Shown piece after piece: positions 38,079 through 46,901 of a stretch of 64,000 nucleotides of DNA. The stretch lies in UHGV virus genome UHGV-1451962; one strand, given 5' to 3'. A program made the translations under genes and the position numbers. How positions within the stretch are numbered: position 1 is the stretch's first letter; each line of letters begins with the position of its first letter. Source of the DNA: a virus. Below the pieces are notes generated by a model. That model saw only the letters and a list, made by a program, of their open reading frames with translations. It ran no database searches and was not told the origin of the DNA.

Positions 38079-38621
38079 TTACTTAATTCTATTTTTAATA
38101 TCCTTAATAATCAAATCAATAGAAACAGGGAAATTATTATGAGCATCTAATTCTACATGATAAATAAGACCTTTATCCCAATCCGCAAAAGCGTCCTGAC
38201 TATGAGAGTGTCCGCACAAACTAATCATTCTTGCTTTAAGAGGTTTCTCATTATCAAAATTACTACAAAGTGTAGGATAATGGCTTAAATAAAAATGATA
38301 TTTACCATATCTTAAAAATTGACCTTCAGTTACTTTAATAATATTATTACAATTATTATATAAATTTACACGAACTTCACTATCATGGTTTCCTCTAACT
38401 ACATAAATTTGTCCTTTTAACTGTTTAATTTTTTCAATTCCTGCTTCATTATCATTTAGCATCAAATCACCAAGCACATAAACTTTATCATTAGGACGAA
38501 TAATTTTATTCCAATTTTCAATAATTGCGTTATCATGTTCTTGGATATTCTTAAATCCTCTTGGTTCATAAAGAAAGGGCTTATTATGGCCTAGATGAAG
38601 ATCACTGGTAAACCAAACCAT
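38079..38621 (-). CDS. calcineurin-like metallophosphoesterase
   Basis: Motifs DLHLGH, GDLMLN, GNHD, HSH; 180 aa. Confidence 0.75.
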   Translation of the reverse strand: MVWFTSDLHLGHNKPFLYEPRGFKNIQEHDNAIIENWNKIIRPNDKVYVLGDLMLNDNEAGIEKIKQLKGQIYVVRGNHDSEVRVNLYNNCNNIIKVTEGQFLRYGKYHFYLSHYPTLCSNFDNEKPLKARMISLCGHSHSQDAFADWDKGLIYHVELDAHNNFPVSIDLIIKDIKNRIK

Positions 38622-38623
38622 TA

Positions 38624-39136
38624 TTACACCTCCTCAGGATAATGCAAAATAGTATTCACATTATGAAAACCCCAATCAAAATATTTATTCATTTCATCCT
38701 TAGAAGGAATAGAAGATTTAAAATAAAAATTTTTTATTGCTTCTTCTGGGACTTTAGCGAAACCTTCTCTTTCAGAATTTCTTCTTAAAGCAACATCTAA
38801 AAGAATAGGAAAATAATCAAAAGTAAGATTAATATTATTCTTATCTTTCAGATCAAAAAAATTGTTTAAAAGTTTAGCTCTTGAAGAAATATCAATATGA
38901 GTCGCATCTATATAAATATTTTCTACATTTTCTTTAATCGCGATTTTAATATTTGCAATCATTTCTTTATATACCTGTTTTTCTTTACTAAAATAATTTT
39001 TTCCAGGATTTTCGTCTACATAATTCTTGCGGATTTCATCTCTTGAGATAATCTTACCATTCTGCTGTTTTGCCCAAGTAGATTTGCCGGAAGCAGGAAT
39101 ACCACAAAGAATATGCAAATTAATCATAAATACCAA
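38624..39136 (-). CDS. P-loop kinase, polynucleotide-kinase-like (AAA_33-type)
   Basis: Walker A CGIPASGKST at N-terminus, 170 aa; directly upstream of the metallophosphoesterase. Confidence 0.5.
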   Translation of the reverse strand: MVFMINLHILCGIPASGKSTWAKQQNGKIISRDEIRKNYVDENPGKNYFSKEKQVYKEMIANIKIAIKENVENIYIDATHIDISSRAKLLNNFFDLKDKNNINLTFDYFPILLDVALRRNSEREGFAKVPEEAIKNFYFKSSIPSKDEMNKYFDWGFHNVNTILHYPEEV

Positions 39137-39395
39137 ACTCCTTTACATAAGAAATACTATTTTGTGCTTCTTCTTTAAAAAGTCCTTCTTCAAAATCTAG
39201 TTTAAAATTATATGCTTCTTCATCATTTCTACATTCTACCATATTAACAGTTTCTTTACAATGGGGACAATACATAACTTTCTTATGCCCAACTTCTCTA
39301 AAACGTCCTCTTAATCGAGGAATTGACATTGACTTCTTTCCGCAATTCATACAATAAAAATCGTGCATTTCATATTTTCTAGGGTCTTTAGACAT
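39120..39395 (-). CDS. zinc-ribbon protein
   Basis: CMNCGKK...CPHCKE pattern; start at ATG after GAGGAG RBS. Confidence 0.45.
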   Translation of the reverse strand: MSKDPRKYEMHDFYCMNCGKKSMSIPRLRGRFREVGHKKVMYCPHCKETVNMVECRNDEEAYNFKLDFEEGLFKEEAQNSISYVKEFGIYD

Positions 39396-39567
39396 TTTTA
39401 TCAAACTCCTCAATTTGTTTTTTTACAATTTCAAAATATTCTTTAAGCTCTTTATTTTCTTTACTTTTGTTTATTCTTTTAATTTCTGTTTTTTTCCAAA
39501 ATTTATATTTTAATGTTTCTATATAATTTGTAAAAATAATATGTATATTGTTATCTTTTAAATATTT

Positions 39568-39795
39568 TTATGTATAAAGAGGTTTTAAAAAAACAACTGA
39601 ATGTTCCTGTAAATTATAAATTTCTGGATCTAAATTATAAAAAGAAACAAAATCTTTTAATTTTAAAATTATATATTTATGTGTTTTTGTAATTTTGCGG
39701 TCTGTTCTATAATTATCATATTGACATATAATATAAAATCCTATGAAAGGTAACGCTAATCCTAATATTAATTTTGCCATAATTATTTCCTCCAT
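39568..39795 (-). CDS. small membrane protein
   Basis: 75 aa with one hydrophobic helix (LILGLALPFIGFYIIC). Confidence 0.4.
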   Translation of the reverse strand: MEEIIMAKLILGLALPFIGFYIICQYDNYRTDRKITKTHKYIILKLKDFVSFYNLDPEIYNLQEHSVVFLKPLYT

Positions 39796-40508
39796 TAAAT
39801 AGAAAAGATATGTTCATCAAAAGTATTTAAATCAAAAAGAATAATTTGTTTACTCCAATGAGTATCTAAATCAAGATTAACCTTTTGATTATTATTATAC
39901 CAACAAGCTCCACCTTCATATTTAGGAGGATTGCGAAATTCTCCTATATCTTCTATCATTAGAGGAATTGGGGTATGGCCATGAACAATTAATTCATTTG
40001 GATTAATTAAACATCTAAATTTATAATGTAATCTATTCCAAAGAAAATCAAATTCATCACCAGAAATATTATTAGGAGAAAAACCTGCATGACTTAAATG
40101 AATTTTAATTCCATTTTTATTAGTGTATTGTTCATAAACTGGAAGTTTATTAATTACATTTAAATACTCAATAGCATTTTTTTCTTTAGACCAATCTAAT
40201 AAAGTAGATAAACCTCCATTGTTCATATGAAGATAAATATCATCTCCATATAAACATTTTTCATTTTTTAGAAATTCTCTTCCAGAATTTACTAACATTT
40301 GTTCATGGTTTCCTTTAAGAAGGATAAATCTATCATCTTTTAAAATTTCTTTAAGGATTTTCCAACCTTCTGTCCCTCTGTCAATTACATCACCCAACAC
40401 AAATACTTTATCTTCTGCTTGAATGAAATTTTTAATCTGCTTAAACAAATTTGAATTGCCATGAAGGTCAGTAAAACAATAAACTTTACCCTTATTCATA
40501 AACATCAA
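39795..40508 (-). CDS. metallophosphoesterase (PPP/ApaH-like phosphatase)
   Basis: Motifs DLHGN, GDVIDRG, GNHE; 237 aa. Confidence 0.7.
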   Translation of the reverse strand: MMFMNKGKVYCFTDLHGNSNLFKQIKNFIQAEDKVFVLGDVIDRGTEGWKILKEILKDDRFILLKGNHEQMLVNSGREFLKNEKCLYGDDIYLHMNNGGLSTLLDWSKEKNAIEYLNVINKLPVYEQYTNKNGIKIHLSHAGFSPNNISGDEFDFLWNRLHYKFRCLINPNELIVHGHTPIPLMIEDIGEFRNPPKYEGGACWYNNNQKVNLDLDTHWSKQIILFDLNTFDEHIFSI

Positions 40509-40524
40509 TTCCTTTCTTAATTTC

Positions 40525-40560
40525 TATATATATTATATAATATTTTTTTAAAAAAATAAA
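40525..40560 (-). promoter_or_regulatory. promoter-leader cassette (TATAAT -10 plus conserved AGAAA(G/T)TAAG..AGG leader)
   Basis: Minus-strand TATAAT at 40532-40537, about 25 nt upstream of start codon; same cassette recurs at many minus-strand gene starts. Confidence 0.4.
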
Positions 40561-40562
40561 TT

Positions 40563-40591
40563 AAGGGCAAAAGATCTTAATCTTTGCCCTT
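40563..40591 (-). terminator. rho-independent terminator
   Basis: AAGGGCAAA...TTTGCCCTT stem downstream of gene 40599-40817. Confidence 0.55.
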
Positions 40592-40598
40592 AATTCTT

Positions 40599-40817
40599 TT
40601 AATCTTCAATTTCTTCTATTTCACCATTAATAATTCTTTTACAATATTCTTCTTCACAAATATCATCTAAATTATGAATTGTATCAAAAGAATAATATAA
40701 ATTAATATAATCTTCTTTCGTTGCGTAAGGATTTGCAAACATAAAATTGTCAAAATCCTTATCTACCATAGCACGAATATATTCCATAAAATCTTTTTTA
40801 TCAATTACAATTTTCAA
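40599..40817 (-). CDS. hypothetical acidic protein
   Basis: 72-aa ORF. Confidence 0.4.
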   Translation of the reverse strand: MKIVIDKKDFMEYIRAMVDKDFDNFMFANPYATKEDYINLYYSFDTIHNLDDICEEEYCKRIINGEIEEIED

Positions 40818-40994
40818 AGAATAAAGCCTCCGAGCCGCAAGATTTCAAAAATAAACCAAAATACACAAAAAAGAAACCAGAAAATACGCATTTTCTTTTC
40901 TTGACATCTATTGTGTAAAATTGTTTCGCATAGCAAAACTCCATTAATACACATTAAAATGCCCCAAATAATCGTCATTATTAAATGAAACATA

Positions 40995-41444
40995 TTAGGT
41001 CATTACCTCCGATACAATTTGATTAACAATTTTCATATCTGCCTTACCCTTAAAAACAGGAGCAAAAAGTTTCATTGCTCTACCTTTGTTTGCCTTAGTT
41101 GCATCAAGTTCATTTTCGGCAAGCATTTTTTCAATTTGAGTTTTAATTGTTTCTTTATCGGTAAGAAGCTGTGGTGCATACTGCTTTACAACAGCCATAT
41201 CAAGATTATATTGAATAAATAACTCTTTGCGGTTTTCTGGACAAGTATCAATCATTTCTTGAATCATCTTTTGATACTTAATTAAAGTATTATTAACAAG
41301 CTCTTCGGTAATTTCAATTCTGCCTTTTGGCGTAATTGCTGCTTTTTGTACTTCACCAATCATATTGGAAAGTACATTCTTCTTTTGAGTATCACCATTC
41401 TTCAAAGCCTGCATCATATCATTGTGCATAATTTCTAAAGTCAT
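40995..41444 (-). CDS. GatB/YqeY-domain protein
   Basis: 149 aa; colinear with bacterial YqeY proteins (N-terminal MTLEIMHNDMMQALKNGD..KKNVLSNMIGEVQK, C-terminal KGKADMKIVNQIVSEVM). Confidence 0.65.
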   Translation of the reverse strand: MTLEIMHNDMMQALKNGDTQKKNVLSNMIGEVQKAAITPKGRIEITEELVNNTLIKYQKMIQEMIDTCPENRKELFIQYNLDMAVVKQYAPQLLTDKETIKTQIEKMLAENELDATKANKGRAMKLFAPVFKGKADMKIVNQIVSEVMT

Positions 41445-41446
41445 AT

Positions 41447-42724
41447 TTAAACCTCCTGTGCTTCTTCCATATCGGGCTGGGTTTCAGTATCTTTAACTAG
41501 ACCTTCAAGAACTTTAAATTCCCAGGTTTTTTGTTTTAATGCAGTAAAAGTACGTCTATTAGCGATTCTAACCACTACACCTTCTTTAACATGAGTTAAA
41601 CCAATTGGGTCAACAATATCTTCAAAATATTTGTCAATTTTAGCGAGCAAGTCATCAATAGTAGTAAACTCAAAATCCTCAATGATAGGAACACGATTAA
41701 AACCATATTCATTGCACCAAGTAGTAATTTCCTCTGGAGAATATTCATATTCACCATTATGAGAAGTAATTCTATAAATCCACATTGCAGAATGACCAGG
41801 AGTACAACCATAAGAAAAAGTAGTATATTTACCAAACTTTTTCATAAATTTCTTGTCATTGATTTTACTATTATCTACAATTGGCATAATAGTTTCATTT
41901 TCTTTTGCTCCATACCAACCAACTACTTCATAAAAAACCTCCATACCTTCATTAAGATAAGGTTTCAAAGCTTCATGGTGACTAAATCTAAATTTGTCAT
42001 TACCATAATAACCTGCTCCATCAGTGGTAACAACAGTTCTACGAGTACCTAAAACATACTGCAACTTTCTCTTAGGTTTCATGTGAAATAGCTTTCTAAA
42101 CCAAGACATAGGATATTCTGCCCAAGTATATGCACTACGTTGGCTAGTACCATGCATTTTAAGGGTTAGATTAATTTTATCTCCAGGTCTAAAGATTCCA
42201 AGATTATAAGCTAATTGGGCAGTATTAATATGCATGGCAAAATCAGGATACTTAATTCCAGCTGCTTTACGACCTTTATAAGAAGTTTTAGGAGTAGTGC
42301 GAGGAGTAGCCGAAGGTTTAGGAATATATTTATAACAAAATAGCTTATTATTAATTTCAGTGACTTGATCGCCATCTTTCCAATTTTGCTCACCAAAATG
42401 CTCAACAATAGTAGAATAAGAAATAACAATACCAGAAGATTCATTACCTCTTAGCTTAATTGCTCTAATATGAGCATTATTTTCCAAATAACCACCTTGT
42501 GCGGTACCATCTAAATTCTTGCGGAAAAGCTTAAACTCATCACCAAACCAACGCTCAATAGCTCCATCAGTAGGAAGATAAAGAACTAATTCATCTTCCT
42601 TCATATCAGGGCCTACAATAACTCCTTCTCTAAAACAATCTGCTAAATAGAGTCTATCAGAATTAGGGTCTTTTCTTACATTTTCAATTTTAGTTACTAA
42701 ACCATAGTACGCCATAAATGTCAA
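41447..42724 (-). CDS. RNA ligase-like nucleotidyltransferase (Rnl2/Rnl5-like with N-terminal extension)
   Basis: Candidate motif I KMHGTS (KxHG, as in T4 Rnl2 KIHG), downstream FYEVVGWYG and LKQK motifs; 425 aa. Confidence 0.45.
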   Translation of the reverse strand: MTFMAYYGLVTKIENVRKDPNSDRLYLADCFREGVIVGPDMKEDELVLYLPTDGAIERWFGDEFKLFRKNLDGTAQGGYLENNAHIRAIKLRGNESSGIVISYSTIVEHFGEQNWKDGDQVTEINNKLFCYKYIPKPSATPRTTPKTSYKGRKAAGIKYPDFAMHINTAQLAYNLGIFRPGDKINLTLKMHGTSQRSAYTWAEYPMSWFRKLFHMKPKRKLQYVLGTRRTVVTTDGAGYYGNDKFRFSHHEALKPYLNEGMEVFYEVVGWYGAKENETIMPIVDNSKINDKKFMKKFGKYTTFSYGCTPGHSAMWIYRITSHNGEYEYSPEEITTWCNEYGFNRVPIIEDFEFTTIDDLLAKIDKYFEDIVDPIGLTHVKEGVVVRIANRRTFTALKQKTWEFKVLEGLVKDTETQPDMEEAQEV

Positions 42725-42734
42725 ACTCCTTTAT

Positions 42735-43004
42735 TTAAATTTCATAACCTTGCACCTCCATAACTGCTAAAGATTTATAGACCATTTTACCACTTTTACT
42801 TTTAGCTTTTGTTACCATACCCATTTCAATCAAATGCCCAAGAATCCTAGCCATTTTTTGAGTGGAAACACCTGTTAATTGAATACTATTCTTTTTAATT
42901 TCATCTATTGTCATGGCTTCTGCTGATTGAGCAAGAATAACCGCAGTTTCACCTTGCCAAATTGCAGTCTGATCTTTACTATATTTGCTTTTTCTATAAG
43001 TCAT
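42735..43004 (-). CDS. hypothetical protein
   Basis: Start moved to ATG (MTYRKSK...) after GAGGAG RBS. Confidence 0.45.
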   Translation of the reverse strand: MTYRKSKYSKDQTAIWQGETAVILAQSAEAMTIDEIKKNSIQLTGVSTQKMARILGHLIEMGMVTKAKSKSGKMVYKSLAVMEVQGYEI

Positions 43005-43017
43005 AAAATTCAACTCC

Positions 43018-43848
43018 TCAATTTTTAATAAACCATTCTTTGCCAAAGTAAGTAGTATGATGAGTAATACATGAAGTTAATTTTTTTTCAATTGCAGAAA
43101 TGGTAGTTCGGTTCTTTTCTTTAACCATTAAATTATAAATTGCTTCAACAGCAGTTTTTTTATCAAAAAAATAACCACTACAATTTGTTTTTTTACAGTT
43201 AGAGTTTTTAAAATATACTACTCCTTGCGGGACATCTTTTAAAGCTGTTTTCTTTTTAATAATTTTTTTATCTTCTTCTTCAATTTCAATAAAATCCATA
43301 ATTGGAAAAAGAAAATTTCTAGCTGCGTTCCAATTAAAATCTTTTTGAGTTTCCACAGCAATATTATATAACATAATAGCATCATCTAAACTATTATGAT
43401 TCTGTAAATTATCATATTTATTTAAATAAGAATAAAATTTAGTTAGTTTAATATTGTCGATTTTTAATTTTTTACAAATTTTTCTTGAAAAATCTCTAAT
43501 AGAACCACTCATATATCCTAAAATAGAACGTGCTTTTAAAGAGTTAGTTCTTTTAAATGTATGTCGAATATATTCTACATCACAACTACCCCAAGTATAA
43601 AATTCAGGAAAATTATCCTCCAATTTATTAAAAACCCAATCATATAACTTTTCAAAAACTTCTTCGGAATTTGGAGCGTTATTTAATTTTTCTTTTGTTA
43701 AACCAGTTAATTCAATAAGAGCGTTAGTAATTTTTCCTTCTTTAGGTTTTACAAGAGAATAAAAAGTTTTTCCATCTTCTCTTACAACACCTACTGAAAT
43801 AATTTCCTCAACATATTTTGCAGCTTCAAAGTCAATATAGTATTTCAT
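43018..43848 (-). CDS. DnaQ-like 3'-5' exonuclease (DEDDh)
   Basis: Exo I YIDFEA (DxE) near N-terminus and exo III HNSLDDAIMLYN. Confidence 0.6.
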   Translation of the reverse strand: MKYYIDFEAAKYVEEIISVGVVREDGKTFYSLVKPKEGKITNALIELTGLTKEKLNNAPNSEEVFEKLYDWVFNKLEDNFPEFYTWGSCDVEYIRHTFKRTNSLKARSILGYMSGSIRDFSRKICKKLKIDNIKLTKFYSYLNKYDNLQNHNSLDDAIMLYNIAVETQKDFNWNAARNFLFPIMDFIEIEEEDKKIIKKKTALKDVPQGVVYFKNSNCKKTNCSGYFFDKKTAVEAIYNLMVKEKNRTTISAIEKKLTSCITHHTTYFGKEWFIKN

Positions 43849-43927
43849 AAAACTTCAACCTCTTTCTTATTTATTTATTCCTTAACTTTCTATATATATT
43901 ATATAATATTTTTTTAAAAAAATAAAT

Positions 43928-43957
43928 TAAGGACAAAACTTTTAAAAGTTTTGTCCT
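43928..43957 (-). terminator. rho-independent terminator
   Basis: AAGGACAAAACTTTT-AAA-AGTTTTGTCCTT stem downstream of gene 43980-44498. Confidence 0.55.
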
Positions 43958-43979
43958 TAAATTTAAAATAAATTTCTTT

Positions 43980-44498
43980 TTAACTAGAACATTCATTTAC
44001 AGAATCTTCGATAGCATTTTTATTACTTATTGCTTCAATACAGTAATCCAATGCCTTTTCAGTAAAAACACCAATTCCAATCATTGCTTTTACTTGTTCT
44101 TTACTGAGATAACGCGCAGTCATTTTCTCATTTACTTTCATTTTTTTGCTGCCATTATAGAAACAATGGTAGCCATAGTCATATCGTGTAGCATAGTCAG
44201 AGTTATTATCAAAAATCCTTTCGCCAGGAGTAAAAATAACCTTATAAAAACGATTCATTTCTTCTCCTGTAAATACTTGACGGCTGATGCTTGAGTTGTA
44301 TAAAAATGTGATAGTTTCATCAGGATTATTTCGATCGGGCATTTTGCGGGCACCCATAGCTAAAGTGCTTCCACCAGTATGACAATTACATACAATCAAC
44401 AATTCTTTATCAGCTTTGATGGCATCTTCTAAATCTTTGCTTTTGTAAAACGCGATACGTCCATTGGGGAAAATTCGTGCTTCATATTTATTAGTCAT
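43980..44498 (-). CDS. hypothetical protein
   Basis: 172-aa ORF; LIVCNCHTGGSTLAMG segment, no firm family assignment. Confidence 0.45.
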   Translation of the reverse strand: MTNKYEARIFPNGRIAFYKSKDLEDAIKADKELLIVCNCHTGGSTLAMGARKMPDRNNPDETITFLYNSSISRQVFTGEEMNRFYKVIFTPGERIFDNNSDYATRYDYGYHCFYNGSKKMKVNEKMTARYLSKEQVKAMIGIGVFTEKALDYCIEAISNKNAIEDSVNECSS

Positions 44499-44500
44499 TA

Positions 44501-44830
44501 TTATTTCTCCCTTAAAGTAATTGTATAAATTTTTCCATCTACTTTTAGTATTTCATAATCTTTATATAATTCATTAACTGAAACAGAATCATTTATAATA
44601 ACATCATAACGACAAGGAGAAGAATCATCAGATTTTAAATAAAAAGCAGCTAATAAACCAATCGTTACTCCCCATATAAGAGGTACTAAATTTCCTTCAG
44701 GTGTCATATCAAACCAAAGCATTTTAACTAAAAAGAAAAACAATATACCAGTTAAAATACTAAGAATAATAATTAAACTTGCATCCAAAGTAAAATCATA
44801 TTGTTTTAAAACTGTAACGCCATCAATCAT
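44501..44830 (-). CDS. small membrane protein
   Basis: 109 aa with two hydrophobic helices. Confidence 0.4.
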   Translation of the reverse strand: MIDGVTVLKQYDFTLDASLIIILSILTGILFFFLVKMLWFDMTPEGNLVPLIWGVTIGLLAAFYLKSDDSSPCRYDVIINDSVSVNELYKDYEILKVDGKIYTITLREK

Positions 44831-45569
44831 TAATTAAATCCTCTAAATTATAAATATTTTCAAATAACATATATCTACCATCATAGTAATCTGTATTTGC
44901 GTGAAAATGTCCCCAGAACCAATTATTCCAAGAAAACTTATCTTTTAAATCATTCATCCAAATTTCCATAGTATTGTCAATAGTAGATTGATCAATTCCA
45001 GGAAGAAATAAAGCAGTAGGACGCCAATCAAAAGGACAAGTATGAGATAGAACTAAATCATAATGATGATTAATCACTTTATTGTTAATATCTAACATCT
45101 CTTGCTGTGTTAATTGTTCATCAGGAAACCAACCAGTCCAATCATCGGTACGATTCAAAGTAGCCTGCATTAATCTATAATGTTTATCAACCGAATAAGC
45201 ACCACCAAGAACAATAGCAGAATGACCATTAAAGTAGTAAGTATTTCCGTCAATCAAATATTTAAGGTTAGGAAAATCCGGTTGAGTATAAATCCAACCT
45301 TGAATTTCTGCATCCCAAATTTCTTGAATATTAGGTAAATTTTTAGGATGCTCTTCATGGTTTCCCCGCACACAATAAATTGAATATCCTAAATCATTTA
45401 CTCTTTTCTTCCACTTTTGCTCTTTTTTATCTAACCAAAAATTAAATCCTGCATCTCCAAGAATAATAAGAGAAGAATTTTTAGGAGAGCAAGAATATTG
45501 TTCAATCATTTGACAAATACGTTGATAATTTTTACCGTGCGTATCTCCAGTAATAAAGTACTGTTTCAC
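44823..45569 (-). CDS. metallophosphoesterase
   Basis: Motifs GDTHG, GDAGFN, GNHE; 248 aa. Confidence 0.7.
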   Translation of the reverse strand: MKQYFITGDTHGKNYQRICQMIEQYSCSPKNSSLIILGDAGFNFWLDKKEQKWKKRVNDLGYSIYCVRGNHEEHPKNLPNIQEIWDAEIQGWIYTQPDFPNLKYLIDGNTYYFNGHSAIVLGGAYSVDKHYRLMQATLNRTDDWTGWFPDEQLTQQEMLDINNKVINHHYDLVLSHTCPFDWRPTALFLPGIDQSTIDNTMEIWMNDLKDKFSWNNWFWGHFHANTDYYDGRYMLFENIYNLEDLIND

Positions 45570-45581
45570 TAGAATTCCTCC

Positions 45582-46478
45582 TTAAAAAGTAGTAGGTTGA
45601 AAATATGAGCATAAATAACTTTCAATGATATTTAATAATACTTCATCCATGTAATTAGAAATTTCTACATTAATAGAATAATTTTTTCTTTCATTACTTA
45701 ATCGCTCATACTGATTCTTTACCCATTCTTGCTGATCTTCAACAAAAATTTTTACAAAACTTAAATCTTCATATCCATTTTTATAAAAGATTAATCTTTC
45801 TCTCCAAAAACTATCATAACACTTTAAACAAATAGAATAAGAATCATTCAAGTAACAACTATAAAATAATCTAAGTCTATTTAAATGGCTAAAGCACTTT
45901 GGGTCATAACCAAATTTTTCTACAACTTCTTTTCGACTCTCTGTTGGTTTAAACATGCGATTAATCTCATTTTGCATCATGCCAAGCATACTATTTAAAG
46001 CTCTAAACTCATCATAATGAGCAATTTCATCTCTTTTATAAATTAATTTATTCCAAAAAGATTGATATTTTGGATTTACATAATAGTAATCAGTGTATAA
46101 AATTTCTAAAAAATTAATATTCTGTTTGCGGAATTCATTCATATAAAGCCGCACATCTTTAAAATCAATGTGTTCATTATTATCTAAAACATGAGTATAA
46201 CTCACTGGTTTTTTATTAAAAGCCAAATCTTCAATAGTAGGAATAATAAGACATTTAGTATCAACATCCGAATTTGCTGTATCAAGACCATAATTAGCGG
46301 CACCTTGATAAAAAATACCAAGAATATTTTCTTCAGAAAAAATTTTTAAAGCTTCTTGGTAATGCTCCATTACTCTTGTTTGAATTTCAATATAAGAATG
46401 ATAATTGGTAGATTTTTCCTCTTGCTTTTGAATATAAATAGTTTTAATAATATTATATAAATTTTGATAATTATTCAT
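45582..46478 (-). CDS. Pol-beta-superfamily nucleotidyltransferase
   Basis: Minimal NTase signature GAANYGLDTANSDVDT (G[SA]x9-13 DxD); 298 aa. Confidence 0.5.
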   Translation of the reverse strand: MNNYQNLYNIIKTIYIQKQEEKSTNYHSYIEIQTRVMEHYQEALKIFSEENILGIFYQGAANYGLDTANSDVDTKCLIIPTIEDLAFNKKPVSYTHVLDNNEHIDFKDVRLYMNEFRKQNINFLEILYTDYYYVNPKYQSFWNKLIYKRDEIAHYDEFRALNSMLGMMQNEINRMFKPTESRKEVVEKFGYDPKCFSHLNRLRLFYSCYLNDSYSICLKCYDSFWRERLIFYKNGYEDLSFVKIFVEDQQEWVKNQYERLSNERKNYSINVEISNYMDEVLLNIIESYLCSYFQPTTF

Positions 46479-46479
46479 A

Positions 46480-46824
46480 TTAAATCTCCTCCCAATGATT
46501 ATGCTGAATAATTCTTCTCATATTTTGAACTCCCACAGGATTTTGGGAATGAAGATGAAATTTACAAGAAAGAGGCCAAGCAAAAGCATTTTGAACTCTC
46601 TCTAACCAATTTAAAATTTCAATATAATCGCCACCATCAGAAGCAAAATCTCCAGCATCATAGTCGAGAGATATTAAATCAAGAAAAATATCATCAGTTA
46701 ATCCAATTAAAAAACCATTTTGAGCAAAAGAAATCATAGTTTTCGCTTGTTCGACAGATTTAGCCCAAATATAACCAGTAGGCGCAGGTCGAATATCATC
46801 CACCCATAATTTCATAAACATCAA
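46480..46824 (-). CDS. hypothetical protein
   Basis: 114-aa ORF, 2-nt gap to upstream gene. Confidence 0.4.
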   Translation of the reverse strand: MMFMKLWVDDIRPAPTGYIWAKSVEQAKTMISFAQNGFLIGLTDDIFLDLISLDYDAGDFASDGGDYIEILNWLERVQNAFAWPLSCKFHLHSQNPVGVQNMRRIIQHNHWEEI

Positions 46825-46874
46825 TTCCTTTCTTAATTTCTATATATTATATAATAATTTTTTAAAAAAATAAA

Positions 46875-46897
46875 AAGGGAGTCAAAATGACTCCCTT
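46875..46897 (-). terminator. rho-independent terminator
   Basis: AAGGGAGTC-AAAA-TGACTCCCTT stem downstream of gene 46902-47963. Confidence 0.55.
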
Positions 46898-46901
46898 AAA
46901 A

